A stretch of 63,208 nt of DNA, the filler included, from Octopus bimaculoides (Eukaryota), in assembly GCF_001194135.2 (NCBI RefSeq). It is 4 parts of 3 records of this genome, joined end to end, with 100 filler letters (N's around TTAATTAATTAA, not from the genome) between each part and the next. Parts side by side here need not be neighbours in the genome. Positions count along the whole stretch, not along the records: positions 37,002 to 58,893 come from NC_069008.1; 3 more parts are not named here. One strand, 5' to 3'. Position numbers and translations under genes: made by a program. Under the pieces are notes generated by a model, which saw only the letters and a program-made list of their open reading frames with translations, had not been told where the DNA came from and made no database searches. Positions 38,383 to 48,751 of the stretch are shown here, in pieces (position 1 is the first letter of the stretch; every line of letters begins with the position of its first letter).

Positions 38383-39132
38383 TCATGTTTCACTGTTAAA
38401 TGGTTTTCCTCGACTGTGGATTCGTTTGTGTCTTTTTAAATGGCTGTTTGTTAAAAACGATTTCTCACATATTTCACAATGATAGGGCTTTTCTCCTGTA
38501 TGACTCCGTATGTGGATGACAAGGTGTGAATTTTGAGTGAAAGAGTTTCCACAGATTTCACAGTGGAAAAGTTTCTGTCCCGTGTGGATTTGTCTGTGCG
38601 TCTTCAAGAGGAAGTTAGTGCTGAACGCTTTGCCGCATATTTCACAATGGAAAGGTTTTTCTCCAGTGTGGCTACGTATATGGGTTACAAGATGAGATTT
38701 GTTCACGAAAGATTTTCCACACAAGTCGCACTCGTACGGTTTTTCTCCGGTGTGTATTCTTTGATGAACGACTAAGTTAGAATTCTGAGTGAACGATTTT
38801 CCACAGATGTCGCAGTGGAATGGTTTTTCGCCAGTGTGGATTAATTTATGCTTTGTCAACACACTGGTAGACACAAAATATTTTCCGCATATTTCACAGC
38901 GGAATGTTTTTTCCTTATTGTGTATTTCTTTGTGCATGAAGATATCTAATTGAGAAGTGAAAGTTTTCCTACAAATCTCACAAGAATATCGAGGAAGATC
39001 TTCATATAAAGATCTTTGATTGGTAAATGTTTCGCTATATAAAGGTTTCTCATCTCTATCTGTCAGTGTAACTGTCTCTATATCATTAAAGACAATTGTC
39101 TCAGAATTGTCAAAGTGATTAATGTCCTCCAT
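38383..39132 (-). CDS. C2H2 zinc-finger protein, 7 tandem fingers
   Basis: Intact 249-aa ORF with ATG start, CxxC-x12-HxxxH fingers and TGEKP linkers. Polypyrimidine plus AG acceptor at 39343-39342 upstream. Confidence 0.92.
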   Translation of the reverse strand: MEDINHFDNSETIVFNDIETVTLTDRDEKPLYSETFTNQRSLYEDLPRYSCEICRKTFTSQLDIFMHKEIHNKEKTFRCEICGKYFVSTSVLTKHKLIHTGEKPFHCDICGKSFTQNSNLVVHQRIHTGEKPYECDLCGKSFVNKSHLVTHIRSHTGEKPFHCEICGKAFSTNFLLKTHRQIHTGQKLFHCEICGNSFTQNSHLVIHIRSHTGEKPYHCEICEKSFLTNSHLKRHKRIHSRGKPFNSET

Positions 39133-39508
39133 ACCAATATTCTTGAAGTATTCTTTCTTAAGAGCTAAGAAATGTCTTGCAAATATAATCTATAAAAATT
39201 CAGTTCCTTGTCTTTGATATGAGACAGACGTCCGTTCACAAGCGTGGGAAATATGCAGCGTAGATGTATTTTCTGTTCACCAGTAGAAAAGTTTTCACTG
39301 AGTTGTACTTCAAGTTGTAATGGAGCAATCGTCTGGCATAACTGCAAAGAAAGCAAAAATATGACAGTTTAAGGCTGGAGCCAGAATGAAAATATATATG
39401 TGTGTGTGTGCGTGTGCAAGAGGTGTGCACCAAAACATTAAACTCCCTGTTATGTGATTTGGTAGAGTCCAAGTAATTGTAGTAGGGTTATTACATAGTA
39501 TGAAAAAC

Positions 39509-39720
39509 ACAACCCTTTTGATACCAACTTGCCTGAAACAATGCCCCTAGTTTTATTACACAATTTCTTAATTTTAAAGTGATTTAAATTAAAAACTTCC
39601 ATAAAAATTTCATGTTAGTTTTGAAAATGACAGGTATTTTATTAAATTCTTCATTATTTCTAAAATTAATTAAGTCAAAGAGAGTGTATTCCAATAGAAA
39701 TATGGCAACGAAAGGGTTAA
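39509..39720. mobile_element. piggyBac-like MITE (second family)
   Basis: Left end AACCCTTTTGATACC matches the reverse complement of the right end ..GGCAACGAAAGGGTTAA. Confidence 0.5.
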
Positions 39721-40638
39721 ATGTGAGAGGAAGACATGAATCAGGAAGTTAGGATTCCTTTATTTCATCGGTAACACGTTTTTTGCAGTCTTATCAATTA
39801 CACTCTTCCCTGAAATCGCTGGCCTTTCGTCTGTCTTTACATTCTGAGTTCAAATTCGGGGAGGGGAATACGTTGAACAAAATCACAATTAACTGATCCT
39901 CTTGTATTTTCTTTTACCTAAAGCCAGGAACTTTTCAGCAACCCCTTGTACATATGTGTGTGTGTGTGGAGAGAGAGAGAGGACCCTATGATGGCCCTCG
40001 TCAAACCCACGTATAATAAAAGTCAGTTTAGCTCTGATTATTCTGCCCTCCTGTTTTGCTATCAAGGACTGCTATTGTTCACAGAGTCCTTCTTTTTATA
40101 AAAAGGTCGAATATGATTTAAAAGAGATTAGCTGCTATGTTTAACTTGAACAAATAATGATGAAAAGGTACCCAAGTCAAGATTTGCTGATCGAATGAAA
40201 AGTGAAAAAGTGTCAGAAAAACTTCACTGGTTTATTTTTGTTGGGGATCAAAAGTCATTTCTCATCCTGTCCTGTAAAAACAGGAGCAAATTAATTGACG
40301 ATGTTAATCTTGTGATAAAACGACGGAACTTCGACCCTGAACACATGGAGGTCACCCTCTCTTCGTCACAAACATTAACGTTCACCTGAACATGAGATAA
40401 TTACTGCACAAGATATTAATTAAATTAACTTGACTAATTAGAAACATACTACATGGGTGGTGCCATCGATAATATTCCTCGCGCCTGATGCAGATAATAG
40501 AAATTAAAAGCCCTAAAATATAATTTAATACATTTTCATAAACACTTGCAGGGCATCCTAACAGAATAGCACCGGAAATAACCAAGGATGGCAAAAACTA
40601 ATTTCTTCTGATTTGCATTCTAAGTATCTGAGAATGCG

Positions 40639-40670
<32 letters not shown>

Positions 40671-41208
40671 TCATATACATACAGGGGAAGAATTCTGAAA
40701 AAATAACTTTTTGTCGCATTTATATATTAAACACCTGCGGTCAATAAATATTCTTCGAAAATACGTTTAATATAAGAAGAAAAAATTACGAAAAACCCCT
40801 CAAAGCTGAAGGTAAATCGAAAAGGTGCAGGGGTGGTGGCGATTCCCCCCCCCTTTCTTAGATGTGTAAGCTACGATGCTTAAACATACAGTTCCGAAGA
40901 AATCGTGGTTTTGGGTACACTAGATAAATTTCCGATTCTATTCCGAAGAGAATAACCGAAAGAACTATTAAATAGCCATCAAATCACATCCCGAACATTT
41001 TTCTTCTCGAAGTCCAGGTTATACATACACACAAAAGCGGGGCGGTCATGACTGGGACGCCTATGATAATTCAATAACAAAAAAAAAAAAAAAAAAAAAA
41101 ACATGCAAAAATTGACCGGAAAATGGAGAATAATAAAAAAAAAATGCCAACCTCTCTCCCACCATCACCTCCACCATTTAAAACCCTTGTTTTAAATGTA
41201 TTAAGATT

Positions 41209-41217
41209 ACTTACCAG
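41209..41217 (-). other. Candidate splice donor of an upstream 5'-UTR exon of the minus-strand ZNF gene
   Basis: Minus strand CTG|GTAAGT, a perfect consensus. The link to the 39342 acceptor is inference. Confidence 0.3.
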
Positions 41218-41904
41218 ATAATAACCTGTCCGAATGGTGTTAATTCATAGACGTAAATGAAGAACTTCGGAAACGGTTGTAATTAATTTAAATTAATTAT
41301 ACACATCACTGATGTTATTTAAACAAGAACAATGACGATGATTGCGGAAAACTAAAAGGTCGAGCACTTTGGCAAGAGAATGTCGCTGATAATGGTGAAT
41401 TTAATTTTGCATATAATAGGAAAGAAATTTATAACGATTAAATGATTTGTTACATTAAACAGATAATAAATAATTTATAATGTTATAAAATTAATCGATT
41501 GATCGGCAGATTAGGGAAGAAATATTTCCGTAGGATGTAATTTAGTTGAAAGACAAAGCAAACACTCCTTTGTTCCGCAGCAGTCAAGGAGTCGGTGCCC
41601 GTGGCAGACAAGGGAGGTCACTCTAGGGGAATCGGAAGACAATGCTGCCTTTTCCTTTTTCCCATCACACCATATCAACTATGGGAGTCTATATAGATAT
41701 ATATGGATGAATAATGGATAGTCATTCTGTTTCTAGCTTCACATGTGGTTACAGAAACTAGTCTGCTACGATAAACACGAGCTAATGTACTATTAGCAGT
41801 AGTAGTGGTGGTCTAACAACAGGAAGTAGTATTGGAAACCAATAGACAATGGATTGTGGGCGGTGTTCGGAAGTTCATGTCCCCGCTAGGAAAAGTTTCC
41901 ATTG

Positions 41905-42065
41905 CGTAATTGAAAGCGAGAAGGTCAGAATCCGGTTAAGGACGCCGGACAAAACGCTTAGCGGCATTCCGTCCGTCTTTTACGTTCTGAGTTCGAATTC
42001 CGAGTTTGCTTTTCATCCTTTCGGGGGTCGATAAAATAAGTACGAGTTGAGTACTGGAACCGATG
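41905..42065 (+). mobile_element. SINE family B
   Basis: ..GAGTTCGAATTCC..GCTTTTCATCCTTTCGGGGGTCGATAAAATAAGTAC core. Confidence 0.8.
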
Positions 42066-42094
42066 CAACCGTCTTCCCTCCTCATCTCCCGAAT

Positions 42095-42487
42095 TTACTC
42101 TTTTACTCTTTTACTCTTTTACTTGTTTCAGTCATTTGACTGCGGCCATGCTGGAGCACCGCCTTTAGTCGAGCAAATCGACCCCAGGACTTATTCTTTG
42201 TAAGTCTAGTACTTATTCTATCGGTCATTTATGCCGAACCGCTAAGTTACGGAGACGTAAACACACCAGCATCGGTTGTCAAGCGATGTTGAGGGTACAA
42301 ACACAGACACACACATACATATATACATATACATATATACGACGGGCTTCTTTCAGTTTCCGTCTACCAAATCCACTGACAAGGCTTTGGATGGCCCCAG
42401 GCTATAGTAGAAGACACTCGCCCAAGGTGCCACGCAGTGGGACTGAACCCGGAACCATGTGGTTGGTAAGCAAGCTCCTTACCACAC
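42095..42487 (-). mobile_element. SINE family A, near full-length, low divergence
   Basis: The reverse complement has the head GTGTGGTAAGGAGCTTGCTT..GGTTCAGTCCC, an internal microsatellite and an (AAGAGTAA)n tail. Confidence 0.92.
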
Positions 42488-42589
42488 TGGGTACTTTTGA
42501 AGACATCTTTCCCCAGTTGCTGATGTTTTGTTTCCAAATAAAACCGTTTTCTCATGAAGATCGCATGCGTGGGAAAAGCCACTACATCT

Positions 42590-42790
42590 TCATCACCATC
42601 ATCATCATCATTTAACGTCTGTTTTCCATGCTGGCATGGGTTGGATGGTTTGACAGGAACTGGCAAGGCCAGGAGCCACTCCAGGCTCCATTGTCTGTTT
42701 TGACATGGTTTCTACGGCCGGATGTCCTTCCTGAAGACAACCACTCCACAGAGTGTAACTGGATGCTTTTCACGTGGTACCGACACCCAC
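42590..42790 (-). mobile_element. RTE-clade LINE 3' UTR fragment
   Basis: (CAT)n-TTAACGTC..TTCCATGCTGGCATGGGTTGG.. is the reverse complement of the family tail. Confidence 0.75.
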
Positions 42791-42900
42791 ACCATTATCT
42801 TTACGTACGCACTTCTCTCTCACGCAATGCCTCGGTTCTTTCTAACACACTGTCTCGCTATCTGGAACACCTCAAGTCTCTGATCTTCGTTGCTCTGAGA

Positions 42901-43163
42901 CAGTGGTTCCCAAAGTGGGCGGCATTGCTGCCCTGGGGGCGGTGGAAAGTTCCAAGGGGGCGTTGAAGAAAAGTCGGGGCGATAATGGGGTAGCAATTCA
43001 TGTAAAAACAACAAAATAATGGGTTTATTAGGTTAAGTTTTATTTGTGAAATACAGTTGCTTTGAATTTGCCCCAGAAAGAGGTCTATGCTTAGGATGGG
43101 GACGCAAGGAATGATGCCTGGGTGTCAAGGGGACGGCTGCCCGAAAATGTTCGGGAACCACTG
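42901..43163. mobile_element. Non-autonomous hAT (Charlie-like) MITE
   Basis: TIR CAGTGGTTCCCRAA at both ends. 8-bp flanks CTCTGAGA/CTCTAAGG match at 6/8 and resemble NTCTAGAN. Confidence 0.85.
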
Positions 43164-43989
43164 CTCTAAGGAATTGGCAAACCTCAATCGGTAAAGAAAA
43201 AAAAAAATCCTTGTTGTCTGTACAGGAATTCTATGCCGTCAACTCGCATATTTTTATTCGTTGACTGTGTTACTTATTTTATTAATTAGACTGTGGCCAC
43301 GCTGGGGCACCACCTCGAAGAATCATTAGCTGAATGAATTGATTCCAATATCTATTATTTTAAAGTTTGACGTCAGTTCCCTTTGCTGAACTGCTAGATT
43401 ATGGGGAGGTCAACACACCAGCAACGGTGCTACTGCTAGTGTTACTACTACTACTATTACTACAACCACCACCACCACCACTACTACTATTGCTGCTGCT
43501 GCTGCTACTACTACTACTACCACTACCACTACCACCATGTAGTAGCAGCAGTAGTGTTAGCCGCTGTACTTTTTTATCTGAACGGTATCACAGACGTCTC
43601 GGTTCCTCCTCTCCCCCCCTCCCACCATTTCCACTTGCATAACAGCCGAACGTCTTCATCATCACCTGACCAAAATTAACCAATGAAAACGCAGCAATTC
43701 ATTCTCTGCCGAATGCGTATTCGTATTCCTGGATATCTCTTCAACGATCCACTTCTGTTTCTTCCACCGTTTTAAGCCGATTCCATCCATCTTCTCATCT
43801 TACATCCTTCACAGACTGCACTGATCCTCCTCCTCCCTCAACCAAATTACCAATCCCGCCCTTCCACCCGTGACTCCGTCCAAAGAAGCTACAACAGTTC
43901 TTAAACAACAATTATAAGGTAACCGTTAACATTAACGTTCTTTAAGTATATCTACACTTTAGGGTCCCATTGACTTTACGTCTTCATAT

Positions 43990-44173
43990 CTTTCTTACCT
44001 GCTTTTCATTGTTTATTTGTTTTAATCTGTGGACTACAGCCATACTGAGGCCACCGCATTGGAGGGTTTTGAATCTGGTACTCGTTCTGCCGGTTTTTGG
44101 CCGAACTGCTATCTCACAGACGTAAACAAACCAATACCGTTTATCAAGAAGCGATGATAGGATAAATAGAAGC

Positions 44174-44217
<44 letters not shown>

Positions 44218-44366
44218 CGATGGGCTTCTTTCAGTTTCCGATTACAAGATCCACTCACAAGGTTTTGGTCAGCTAAAGCTTACAGTAGAAGACATCCCAA
44301 TGTGTTACGCAACGGAATTGAACCCGGAATCATGTGGTTGGGACGAAAGCTTCTTGCAATGCAGAC
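43990..44366 (-). mobile_element. SINE family A, degenerate full-length
   Basis: Same bipartite structure around a CA/TA tract. Confidence 0.8.
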
Positions 44367-45940
44367 TGCTCATGTTTTTTGATGAAATTTTGTGAGAAAC
44401 ATTTCCGAAGATTTCGATGAAATGGTTTTTAACATCCATTTCTGTTTTGGAGAAAATAATTAAGACGTAATTTTAAAGAAATTGGGGAATATATAAAATC
44501 TTCTTCACTTACTTGAAATACCGAAACGAAATAAAATATCTGTGTTTACGACAGAGATGGTATTGCAGTGGTTTAATTTCTGTGGACTCATTACATCTAA
44601 TAATTAATGCTGTTTTTAATTAAATTCTTTAGAGTCACCAAAATGTTTCTTTTTTACTTTTCTCTTCTAATAAATTTGTTTTAAAATGAAAGTATGTTAT
44701 AATAAACAATATTTTTTTAATTTCGTTTCGGTATTTCCCTGCTTCATGCATCTTCGAAATTTCGCAGTGGCCCTTCTGTAAATTTATCTTGAAACAAAAG
44801 AAATCCAGGTGAAAGTCTGTAATAGATCGCCTTCATAAGTGAGATTTTCAGCGAAATTTTGCTTTAAGCACCATATATATAACCTTCTCATATCTTTTTT
44901 TTTATTTGTTTGAAATTTTCAGAAAATCTTAGCAAATTTGTATTCCACACACAAGAAAACAAATTTTTTAGTGTGATTTGAGAGCTATTTAGCTGTCATT
45001 TTTCGCATATCTCACGACCACCTGATACTCTCCTCGTTTGTTTGTCACTCTCATGTGTATTGATGTTTAACAACATCTTTCTCCCCATAAACATTTAACG
45101 ATCCATTGCTGGGATTTAAGCCAAAAATTTAGACTAAAAAAATTTAAATTTCGAAAAATGTTTTGTCTGCATGCAAGCATCTTGCGCAAGTTTGGCTGTT
45201 GGCACTTCCATGCCTGAAGAGCTTGTCTCAAACGTACAATGCCCCTCTGTAGCACTGCCATGTCGAAGACAATGTATTTGATTCTCTGATGGAATTTCTT
45301 GTATAGCTGAAATGTGGCTTCAGATGGTACAGCATGATGGCCTCCACTTTGAATGGTTGGCTGTTTTGTAACTAAATGAATAAAACAAATAAGTTGCCAA
45401 AATATTACAAAACTTTTGACTCAACACAATATGAACTTCAATATATTTATGTTATAAAACGTTCAACTGTTCGAGGTAATATTTATATCAATAGTTTATC
45501 CCAAGAAATTCAGTGAAAAAAAAATATATCCATTGTTTTTATATCTTTGCATTTCAAATCTGTCTCCTCTATATTGTTGTTTCTTTATTTTGTTTCAGAA
45601 TATTGGATGAGATTGGCATTGATTAACTCTTCATCAGATGCATCGTCAATATTTATCATCTTTTAAAAGACTAAAAGAAAATGTGGCACAGAACAGATTT
45701 GAATAATTCCGAAGAATTACGTTGAAATAAGTTGAATAACATCAATTCTTTTCTTCGTTGTCTGGAATGTCTGCAAACTTGTTTTCCTTTTTAATTAAAC
45801 TTGGATGATTTTGCAAAGAATTTCACAGTATCTTCAAATATCGACAAAGATTATGGTTGCTGGAAATATCGCAGTAGAAATATTTGTCAGGAATATACAG
45901 TAAAAGGAAAATAAGGAAGAAAATATCCTCTTTGGATTAT

Positions 45941-47086
45941 ATGAGAAACTTAATTGATTTTTATCCTGAAGAGATGCCAAAAGTGATTGGAAAGTCATCA
46001 TATGGCGATGTCCGTGGTAAGTCGTTCTCTGGAAGTAGTGACTTAACAAAACACAAACACATTCCTACAGGAGAGAAGTCCCATCACTGTGATATCTGTG
46101 GCAAATCATTCACTGAAAATGGTGATTTAACTAAACACAAACGTATTCATACAGGAGAGAAGCCATTTCACTGCGATGTGTGTGGTGTGTCTTTCTCTCA
46201 AAAAGGTAACCTCACCACTCATAAACGGATTCATACAGGGGAAAGACCCTATTGCTGTGACATCTGTAGTAAATCCTTCTCTCAGAGTGGTGAATTGACT
46301 ATTCACAACCGCATTCATACAGGAGAAAAACCATATCGTTGTGACATCTGTGGTAAATCATTCTCTCGTAAAGGTAACCTAACCACTCATAAGCGTATTC
46401 ATACAGGAGAGAAACCATATCACTGTGATATCTGTGGTAAGTCCTGCTCGGGCAGTAGCAACCTAACTACTCACAAACGCATTCATACAGGGGAGAAACC
46501 ATACCACTGCGATGTCTGCGATAAGTCGTTCTCTCAAAGTGGTGAATTAACTAAGCACAAACGCATTCATACAGGAGAGAAGCCATTTCATTGTGATATC
46601 TGTGGTAAATCATTCTATGGAAGTAGTGAATTAACTATACATAAATATTTTCATGCAGAAGAGAAAATATACCAGTGTGATATCTGTGGTAAATCATTCT
46701 CGAGGGGCAGCGATTTAACAAGACACATACGAATTCATACAGGGGAGAGGCCATACGAATGTAATATCTGTGGTAAATCATTCTCTGAAAATAGTGTCTT
46801 GACTAAACACAAACGTATTCATACGGGAGAGAATCCATACCATTGCGATATCTGTGGTAAACCGTTCTCACAAAGTGGTGAATTAACTCGACACATCCGC
46901 GTTCATACAGGAGAGAAACCATACAACTGTGATGTCTGTGGTTCATCTTTTTCTCAGAGTGGGGAACTGACAACACACAAACGTGTTCATACAGGGGAGA
47001 AGCCATATCACTGTGATGTCTGTGGTAAATCATTCTCTCAAAAAAGTCACTTAACTACGCATGTATCTCTTCATGCAGAAATGTAA
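45941..47086 (+). CDS. C2H2 zinc-finger protein, 12 intact fingers plus 1 degenerate finger
   Basis: Intact open frame. The first in-frame ATG is at 45941 (the ORF track's 45884 start is TTG). TGEKPY linkers; candidate acceptor TTTGTTTCAG at about 45598. Confidence 0.93.
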   Translation: MRNLIDFYPEEMPKVIGKSSYGDVRGKSFSGSSDLTKHKHIPTGEKSHHCDICGKSFTENGDLTKHKRIHTGEKPFHCDVCGVSFSQKGNLTTHKRIHTGERPYCCDICSKSFSQSGELTIHNRIHTGEKPYRCDICGKSFSRKGNLTTHKRIHTGEKPYHCDICGKSCSGSSNLTTHKRIHTGEKPYHCDVCDKSFSQSGELTKHKRIHTGEKPFHCDICGKSFYGSSELTIHKYFHAEEKIYQCDICGKSFSRGSDLTRHIRIHTGERPYECNICGKSFSENSVLTKHKRIHTGENPYHCDICGKPFSQSGELTRHIRVHTGEKPYNCDVCGSSFSQSGELTTHKRVHTGEKPYHCDVCGKSFSQKSHLTTHVSLHAEM

Positions 47087-47107
47087 CTGTATCAATATTG
47101 AAATATA

Positions 47108-47605
47108 AAACATCATCATCATCATCATCATTTAACATTCGTTGTTCATGCTGGCATGGGTTGGATGGTGTAACCAGGGCTGATAAACTGAGGGGCTGCG
47201 CCAGACCCCAGTCTGATTTGGCATGGTTTCTACAGCTGGATGCCCTTCCTAATGCCAACCACTCCAAGAATGTAATGGGTGCTTTTATGTGCCACCAGCA
47301 TAGGTGACATTTGCGTGACACCAGTATCTGCCACAACTAATTTCACTTGGCTTCATGGTTTTTTTTTCTCTCAAGTGCGGCACATTGCCAAAGGACTTGG
47401 TCATTTGCCATTACCTCTGTAAAGTGCTTTTTATGTGCCACTGGCACGGGTGCCTCTTATGTGACACCAGCATCAGCCACAACTATGATTTCACTTGGCT
47501 TGATGGGCCTTCTTAAGAACAGCATGTTACCAAAGGTCTCAGTCACTAGTCATTGCTTACGTGAGGCCCAACATTCGAAGATCATGCTTCACCACTTCGT
47601 CCAAA
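47108..47605 (-). mobile_element. 5'-truncated RTE-clade LINE (ORF end, 3' UTR and (GAT)n tail)
   Basis: Minus-strand translation W.EVVKHDLRMLGLT*AMTSD*DLW*HAVLKKAHQAK* has the RTE C-terminal pattern and leads into the family 3' UTR. Confidence 0.82.
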
Positions 47606-47776
47606 CACACAACAAACGTTTATCTTAAGATCATCTTTAACCATCTGATAATTATTGTGTTTCATCCTGGCTTCTGTGTGTGGCAATGTTTCCTTCCTGG
47701 TGCCATTTCTTTCAGTTACTTGTTTCTACCTGTCAGGGTTCCATGGACTTAATCTAAAACTGTGGTTTGTGAAACT

Positions 47777-47915
47777 TCATCATCATCATCATCATCATCA
47801 TCATCGTTGTTTTTAACATCCACTTTACCATGCTTGCATGGGTCAGACAGAATTTGTTGAGGAGGATTTTTCCGCAACTGGATGCCCTTCCTGTCCTCAA
47901 CCCTCACCTGGTTCC
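47777..47915 (-). mobile_element. RTE-clade LINE 3' UTR fragment
   Basis: (CAT)n..TTAACATCCACTTTACCATGCTTGCATGGG..CTGGATGCCCTTCCT. Confidence 0.7.
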
Positions 47916-48031
47916 AACCAAGATGATATTTCCCCATTGTAAGACGAGCTTTCACAGAGTGGAAACGAATGACACTGCTTGTGTGATGCTAATGTTCATT
48001 GACAACAACCATGTGATGTCAAAGAGCCACT

Positions 48032-48068
<37 letters not shown>

Positions 48069-48221
48069 TACAGGCTTCTTTTCATATATAAATAATATAT
48101 ATGTGTGTGTATATATATACACTAGAGTAAGCACATAAATGTGAAACAAGGTGTAAAAAATAGTACTCAAATACCAGAGGTAGAGCAATACGTTTATTGA
48201 AAAGCAGCAAAAATATCACAA

Positions 48222-48267
48222 AAAACTGTTACTCAGAGTTTCACGTTCCTGTTCGTCGGACAGTTTT
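48222..48267 (-). ncRNA. Putative minimal type I hammerhead ribozyme (U4C core)
   Basis: AAAACTGT/ACAGTTTT 8-bp helix I; CCGACGA; AC-AGGAAC-GT; GAAA; ACTCTGAGT; GUA| site; AATAAA about 25 nt downstream. Confidence 0.65.
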
Positions 48268-48731
48268 GTTTAGAATGGAGCAAAATAAAGTTATATGCAG
48301 AAATACAATTACTTTGATAGAAACACATATTGTGTATCTATATACAGTTTTTGTGATATTTTTGCTGTCTTTTAATGAAGTATATGTATATATATATATA
48401 CATATATATAAAGATAGATAGATATAGAAATATGTAAATTTTATCTGGTCCATGCAAGCATGGAAAGTGGAGGTTAAAACTGATGATGATGATATATCTA
48501 GATGTATATATGTGTGTGTGTGTGTGTGTGTTTAAATTGATGTAATCAATAACAGCTTCGATCAGTTCTGATTGGGTCACAGTTTTTGTTTTTGAATTTA
48601 TCGATTTAATTAGATTTTGTTAAGACAATTACTAAAGTTAATATAAAATGAACTAAATTTGATCGGATAAAATCTCTGTTCATGCAAGGTTTTTCGAACA
48701 CTAAAGAAAATAAAAGAAGACTTTTTGTTTT

Positions 48732-48737
48732 TTTATT
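48732..48737 (-). terminator. Candidate poly(A) signal of the M4 peptidase gene
   Basis: AATAAA about 15 nt after the TAA stop. The context is AT-rich, so specificity is low. Confidence 0.4.
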
Positions 48738-48751
48738 TAAAAAAAAATATT

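Noticed and set aside
44514-44738. 17-25-bp inverted repeat GAAATACCGAAACGAAA around AT-rich DNA
   Set aside because: Probably an eroded MITE; termini and target duplication could not be defined.
45884-45940. ORF-track start of the 400-aa ZNF
   Set aside because: The codon is TTG; the first in-frame ATG is at 45941.
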